Of a stretch of 64,000 bases of DNA, positions 59,771 through 64,000 are shown piece by piece. The position numbers were made by a program, and so were the translations under genes. The notes beneath the pieces are model-generated. The model made no database searches. It was given only the letters and a program-made list of their open reading frames with translations, and was not told where the DNA came from. How positions within the stretch are numbered: position 1 is the first letter of the stretch; each line of letters opens with the position of its first letter. The DNA is from Malacoraja senta (Eukaryota), in contig CM075977.1 in assembly GCA_038087875.1 (NCBI GenBank), positions 330,956,001 through 331,020,000 on the forward strand, given 5' to 3'.

Positions 59771-60667
59771 TCAATAGTCAATAGTCAATTTTATTCGTCA
59801 CATACACCCAAAGGTGCAGTGAAATGAATTTGCCAGCAGCGGTACAATTAAAAAAGAACACAATACACAATAAGATTTAACACAAACATCCACCGCAGTG
59901 TTCTTCACTGTGGTGGAAGGCACAAAGTTCAGTCAGTTCTCCTCCTTGTTCACCCATGGTCGATGCCATAAAACCCCCGCAGTCGCTTCTACGGACGGAC
60001 GGATGTACTGGTCCTCTCGTCGGGACGGTCGGACACACTCCGCAGCTTCGAGGTCCCGAATCGGCACTTTCTTACCGAAGACCACGGCTTCAGGATGTTG
60101 TAGGCTGCAGGCCGGCGGTCGGAGATCTTCTCTGGCTATCCCCGGTAAGTCCACGCCCAGCCCACGGCTAGAAGCACCGCAGACTGCGGTTTCAGGATTT
60201 TATAGGCCACGGGTCGGCAGTCGGAGCTCTTCTCCGGGGATCCCCGACTTGGGATCACAGGCTCTGGACGCCGCGCCGCGGCTAGAAGCCCCGCCGACCG
60301 CGGCTTCAGGATATAACAGTCTGTGGGCCAGCAATCAGAGCACTCCCTTCTGGCGACCCCCGGCAAGGGCTCGCCCGCTCCGCGATGAAAAGTCCACGCT
60401 GCACCCGTTGCTGAAACTCCGGGCCTGACTCTGGGAAAGGCCGCTCCAATCCATGGTGTTAGGCCGCGAAGGAGATGTCATGGAAAAGGTCGCCTCTCCG
60501 TGATGGAGGCGATTGAAATCGGTCCCCCCCTTTCACCCCCTCACCACCCCCCACATAAGACACACCGAGAGACACAAAAACAAACATTTGGACACACAAA
60601 AAACAAAAACAAAAGTAGAAATAATGAACACGCTGCTGCCAGGGAAGCCATCTTGCAGCGCCCCCAC
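59771..60667 (-). mobile_element. Non-coding, non-autonomous LINE-derived retroposon
   Basis: (TGACTAT)n tail and Rex1-like 3' end (AATAAA after TTTCACTGCACC); 5' end GGGGGCGCTGCAAGATGGC; GC-rich body. Confidence 0.6.
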
Positions 60668-61589
60668 CGACCAGGTGAGGATAATGGGAAGGAGAGTGGG
60701 CATGTGAGTGGTATTACATGAGATCAGTGAATTCAGTGTTCAAACCGTGTGTTTATATACTACCCAAGTGGAATATGAGGTACTGTTCCTCCAATTTGCA
60801 TGTGAATTCACTCTGGCAATGGAGGAGGCCAAAGACAGAAAGGTTGGTATGGGAATGGGAAAGGTTAGCAGCAAGGAGCTCCAGCAAGCCTTGGCAGACC
60901 GAGCACATAGTCAGCATGTTTAACGTCACACTTGGGCTCGCCAATGTAAAGGTGGCCACATTGGGAGCACCAGTAGATAATGTTGAAAAAGGTACATGTG
61001 AATCTCTGTTTCACCTATAAAGGTTGCTGAGTTCCTGGTTGGAAATGATAGAGAAGATGTGGAGACAGGTATTACATCTCTTACAGTTGCAGGGTAAAGT
61101 ACCTGGGGAGTGGATGGGTTGGGTGGCAAGGGATGAGCAGACTAAGGAGTTGTGGATAGAGTGGTCTCTATGGAAAGCGGATCGGGGTGGGGACGGGAAG
61201 ATGTGATTGGTGGTGGGTGCACATTGATGATAGTGAAAATATTGGAGATTGTTGTTTTGGATGGGGAGGCTGGGATATACTATGATTGTTCCATCTGGGG
61301 GGAGGGGTAGCAAGAGTAGGGCTGGAGGACCCAGAGGAGACATGCATAAGGGCTCCTTTCACAACAGCGGCGGGAAAGAGTCAAGAGTCAAGACTATTGA
61401 ATTGTCATATGTACCGACAAACAGAACTATGACATTCTTACTTGCATGCATACTAAAAAAAGGGGACGTCAGATGTCCCAGAAAGGAAAGTGTCATATTG
61501 GGAGCAGATGCAATGGAGACAGAGAAATTAAGAATAAGGGGTGGCATGGTTGTAGGAGTCAGGTTGGGAGGAGGTGTAGTCAAGTTTCC

Positions 61590-61750
61590 TCTCTCCTACA
61601 CTAAATTCTACAATCTTTATATTTTCCTTTGCTCTATGTACTCGAGTTTGGCTTGATGGTATTATTTGATTCAATTGGATAGCATGCAAAACAAAGATTT
61701 TCACTGTACCTTGGTACACCAGACAATAATGAGCCTAAACCTAAACCTAG
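61590..61750 (+). mobile_element. Rex1/Babar-like 3'UTR fragment
   Basis: TTTTCACTGTACCTTGGTACA; (CCTAAA)n tail. Confidence 0.65.
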
Positions 61751-62630
61751 GGCTACCTTAGATACAAGCTACTGAAGTAGCTTTGCTCCCGGGAACTTCC
61801 TGCCTTCCCTTATCCATAAATAACAACTTGTGTGTTTATCTGTGCAGTGTTTTTTTCCCCCCAAATATGTGAATCATATTATGGAGATCGACTTACTTTG
61901 CATTTCAAAGAGGCCTTTAATGAGACAGTAGGCAAGTCATATGCAGATTCCAAGTACCTGTGGCACTTCCAGGTCTAGATCCACATGGTGCCCCTGTATG
62001 TATGAGTGATTGTATGGGTCCTGAGACAGTGCACAGAGGCCATTCGGGATACATTATTAGCCCATTAGTCTTGCCCCATGCTGACCACATTTCCTTTGTT
62101 CTTTCCAACTTTATCCATGACAATGTTGAATCATATTCATGTTTTTTTTAACATTCGTAAGGTTGTGGTTAATTTGAAGCTAGAGATATTCTCTTTAGAT
62201 GTTAGAAGTTATTTACATTTTCATAATTTTTTTTGCAAATCTCAGTCTCAATGCTGACTTTATTAGTCTGTATTGCTAACTTTTATAAGTCATTGTATGA
62301 GCTGTCTGTTTAAATGTTTTGATCTAAACTGCACTAATAAATGAAACAATTAAATGATCTGTGGGGCAACAACTAACATTTAAATATAAGTTATAATTTA
62401 CACAAAAGTCTTTCTGAGGGTAATGATGAGTTTCAAAGTGACAAAACTCTGAACATACTTACAAAGTAAGAAAAATAGTAACAACAAAAATGTTGCAATT
62501 AGTAGTACATGAACAGTGTTGTTAAAATTGCAGAACAATGTTGAAAGAAGGTGAATTTGGAGTAACATGTGGTTATACATTGCAGTGGAAACAGCAAGGA
62601 ATGAAAAAGGCATCAAACAATAGAACAAAG

Positions 62631-62875
62631 CAAAACACAAAGTGCTGGAGTAGCTCAGTGGGTCAGGCAGCATCTGTGGAGAAAATGGATAGGTTATGTT
62701 TCAGGTTGGGACCTATCTTCAGAGAAAAATATGTTTTCATTTGCACAGTTTAAAGAAGGGTCCCGACCCCAAATGTTAACTATCCATTTCCTCCACAGAT
62801 GCTACCTGATCCACTGAGTTACTTCAACACTTTGAGTTTTGCTCAATATTACAGCATCTGTAGTTCCTTGTGTCA
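62631..62875. mobile_element. Penelope-like terminal palindrome
   Basis: 62632-62722 is the reverse complement of 62752-62841. Confidence 0.7.
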
Positions 62876-63199
62876 ATAGGCATCAGTAATCCATGCCTAT
62901 TCATAGAGTACAGCTTGCATGCACCTAGATTGCAATCCTGATGTAAAACTATAGGCATGTTATATGTCAAAGGTATTGGTCCTAATAAACCGATTTTGAA
63001 TTTAGTACCACATACAGCATTTATAGCATTAAATCATGTAAGCGTTTCAGCCCCTCTAGAGAGGGCTGCTACAGATTTGACAGGAGTCAAAAAGAAAGAG
63101 CATGCTTTTTATTTTGTTAATTCTGGACAAATTTGAGATGTCTGGACACTAAAATTGAGTAAAGGCTTCTGGGCGGCTAGGCCATTTGGTCAATTTAAA

Positions 63200-64000
63200 T
63201 GTGCCTTCTGCAGAAAAGGGACAAGCTGCAGAATGGTGCTAGCTTGTCTGGAGCCTAGATAAGAGCTGCAGGGAAAGAATGGGACATCTGCAGGTTCTTA
63301 CAATTAGGTGCAAATTGCATGAAACGGATTGGGTGAATGCAAACCAGACATACACATTGTAAATATTGTTGCAAAGCTTTACTTTGCTGGATGTTGATTG
63401 GGTTAAGTGTTGAGCCGTGTCTGGGTTTCTTGAATATCTGGGTAAATGTTGCTATGTTTGCTTCCTTCCAGAAGCTCAGTTTGAATACAATGTATTGGTT
63501 ACTGTATTATTAGGGTTAGGGAAATGATTATCATGTACTGTGTTAATCGATATCTGTTATTGGACTGTATAGAGACCACCCCATGTGGTTCGGCCCCTCA
63601 AGGTTCGGGGACCTATAAAAGGTAGCTCCCACGAGGTCCTGTGTCAATCTTCTGGGAGAACGCTTAGGACTGCGTGACCTTTTGGGGTGTCTCTGCTTGC
63701 ACGATGCTAGGAAGGCTTGGATACAAGCAGATACAAGGATCGAACCCGCGGTGGTTAGGTATATTAATGGGTAACTGTTATTGTGTTTTTTCAGCTTGAC
63801 TCAGTATCTTATTGACGGAAACTAGACTGGAGAGAAGCGTAGAATGAGAAATTTACATTGGGGGCTCGTTCGGGATCTCAACAAATCCCCAAACATATTT
63901 GCGATTAAGGGTGTTGAGCTGTTTCAATCGCGAATGCAGAAATCGGCGCAACTATGTGGTTTTCGCATTGATTTTCGGCACTTCGCTAGTCGGAGCAGAT
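63200..64000 (+). mobile_element. Second provirus of the same ERV family: 5' LTR (ends 63857; start may be ~63115), PBS-Pro and start of leader
   Basis: Homologous to the 57921-58578 LTR; TATAAAA at ~63614; TGGGGGCTCGTTCGGGAT; leader homologous to 43254-43380. Confidence 0.88.

Larger units (their letters stand above)
58615..61585 (-). mobile_element. Neptune-type Penelope relic (linker, GIY-YIG C-terminus, 3'UTR), interrupted three times
   Basis: SAFHRDHSIHNSLV..PCNCKRCNTC, FIGET, CKLEEQYLIFHLGS; terminal motif at 58620-58710. Confidence 0.75.

Noticed and set aside
62420-62455. C/D box snoRNA (ATGATGA...CTGA)
   Set aside because: The boxes are only ~20 nt apart and there is no terminal stem

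Overview
Eukaryotic, AT-rich, repeat-dense DNA with no confidently identifiable host gene. The repeat set (HE1/V-domain tRNA SINEs, many CR1 LINEs, Neptune-type Penelope fragments) points to a cartilaginous fish, probably a skate or ray; this is inference. The main structure is a class I (gamma/epsilon-like) endogenous retrovirus at ~42.66-58.58 kb. It has a perfect tRNA-Pro primer-binding site, a ~2 kb leader and a gag with two widely spaced CCHC knuckles, but no recognisable pro/pol/env. Its 5' part is tandemly duplicated, and it carries nested insertions of a Helitron (itself holding a CR1 and two minisatellites), Rex1/Babar LINEs and a Harbinger-type MITE. A second provirus of the same family starts at ~63.2 kb. 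Other notable elements: a structurally complete but decayed DIRS1 tyrosine-recombinase retrotransposon with ITRs, ICR and a 6-bp crossover core (19.7-23.2 kb); a hAT-type MITE built from tandem E-box/TAATTA palindromes (12.5 kb); many Penelope-derived ends with minimal hammerhead-ribozyme motifs, often arranged as hairpins; a multiply inverted CR1 (7.4-10.7 kb); a young L1 with an open ORF2 fragment; an old Gypsy pol relic; and a 242-N assembly gap. All calls were made by eye, without database searches.
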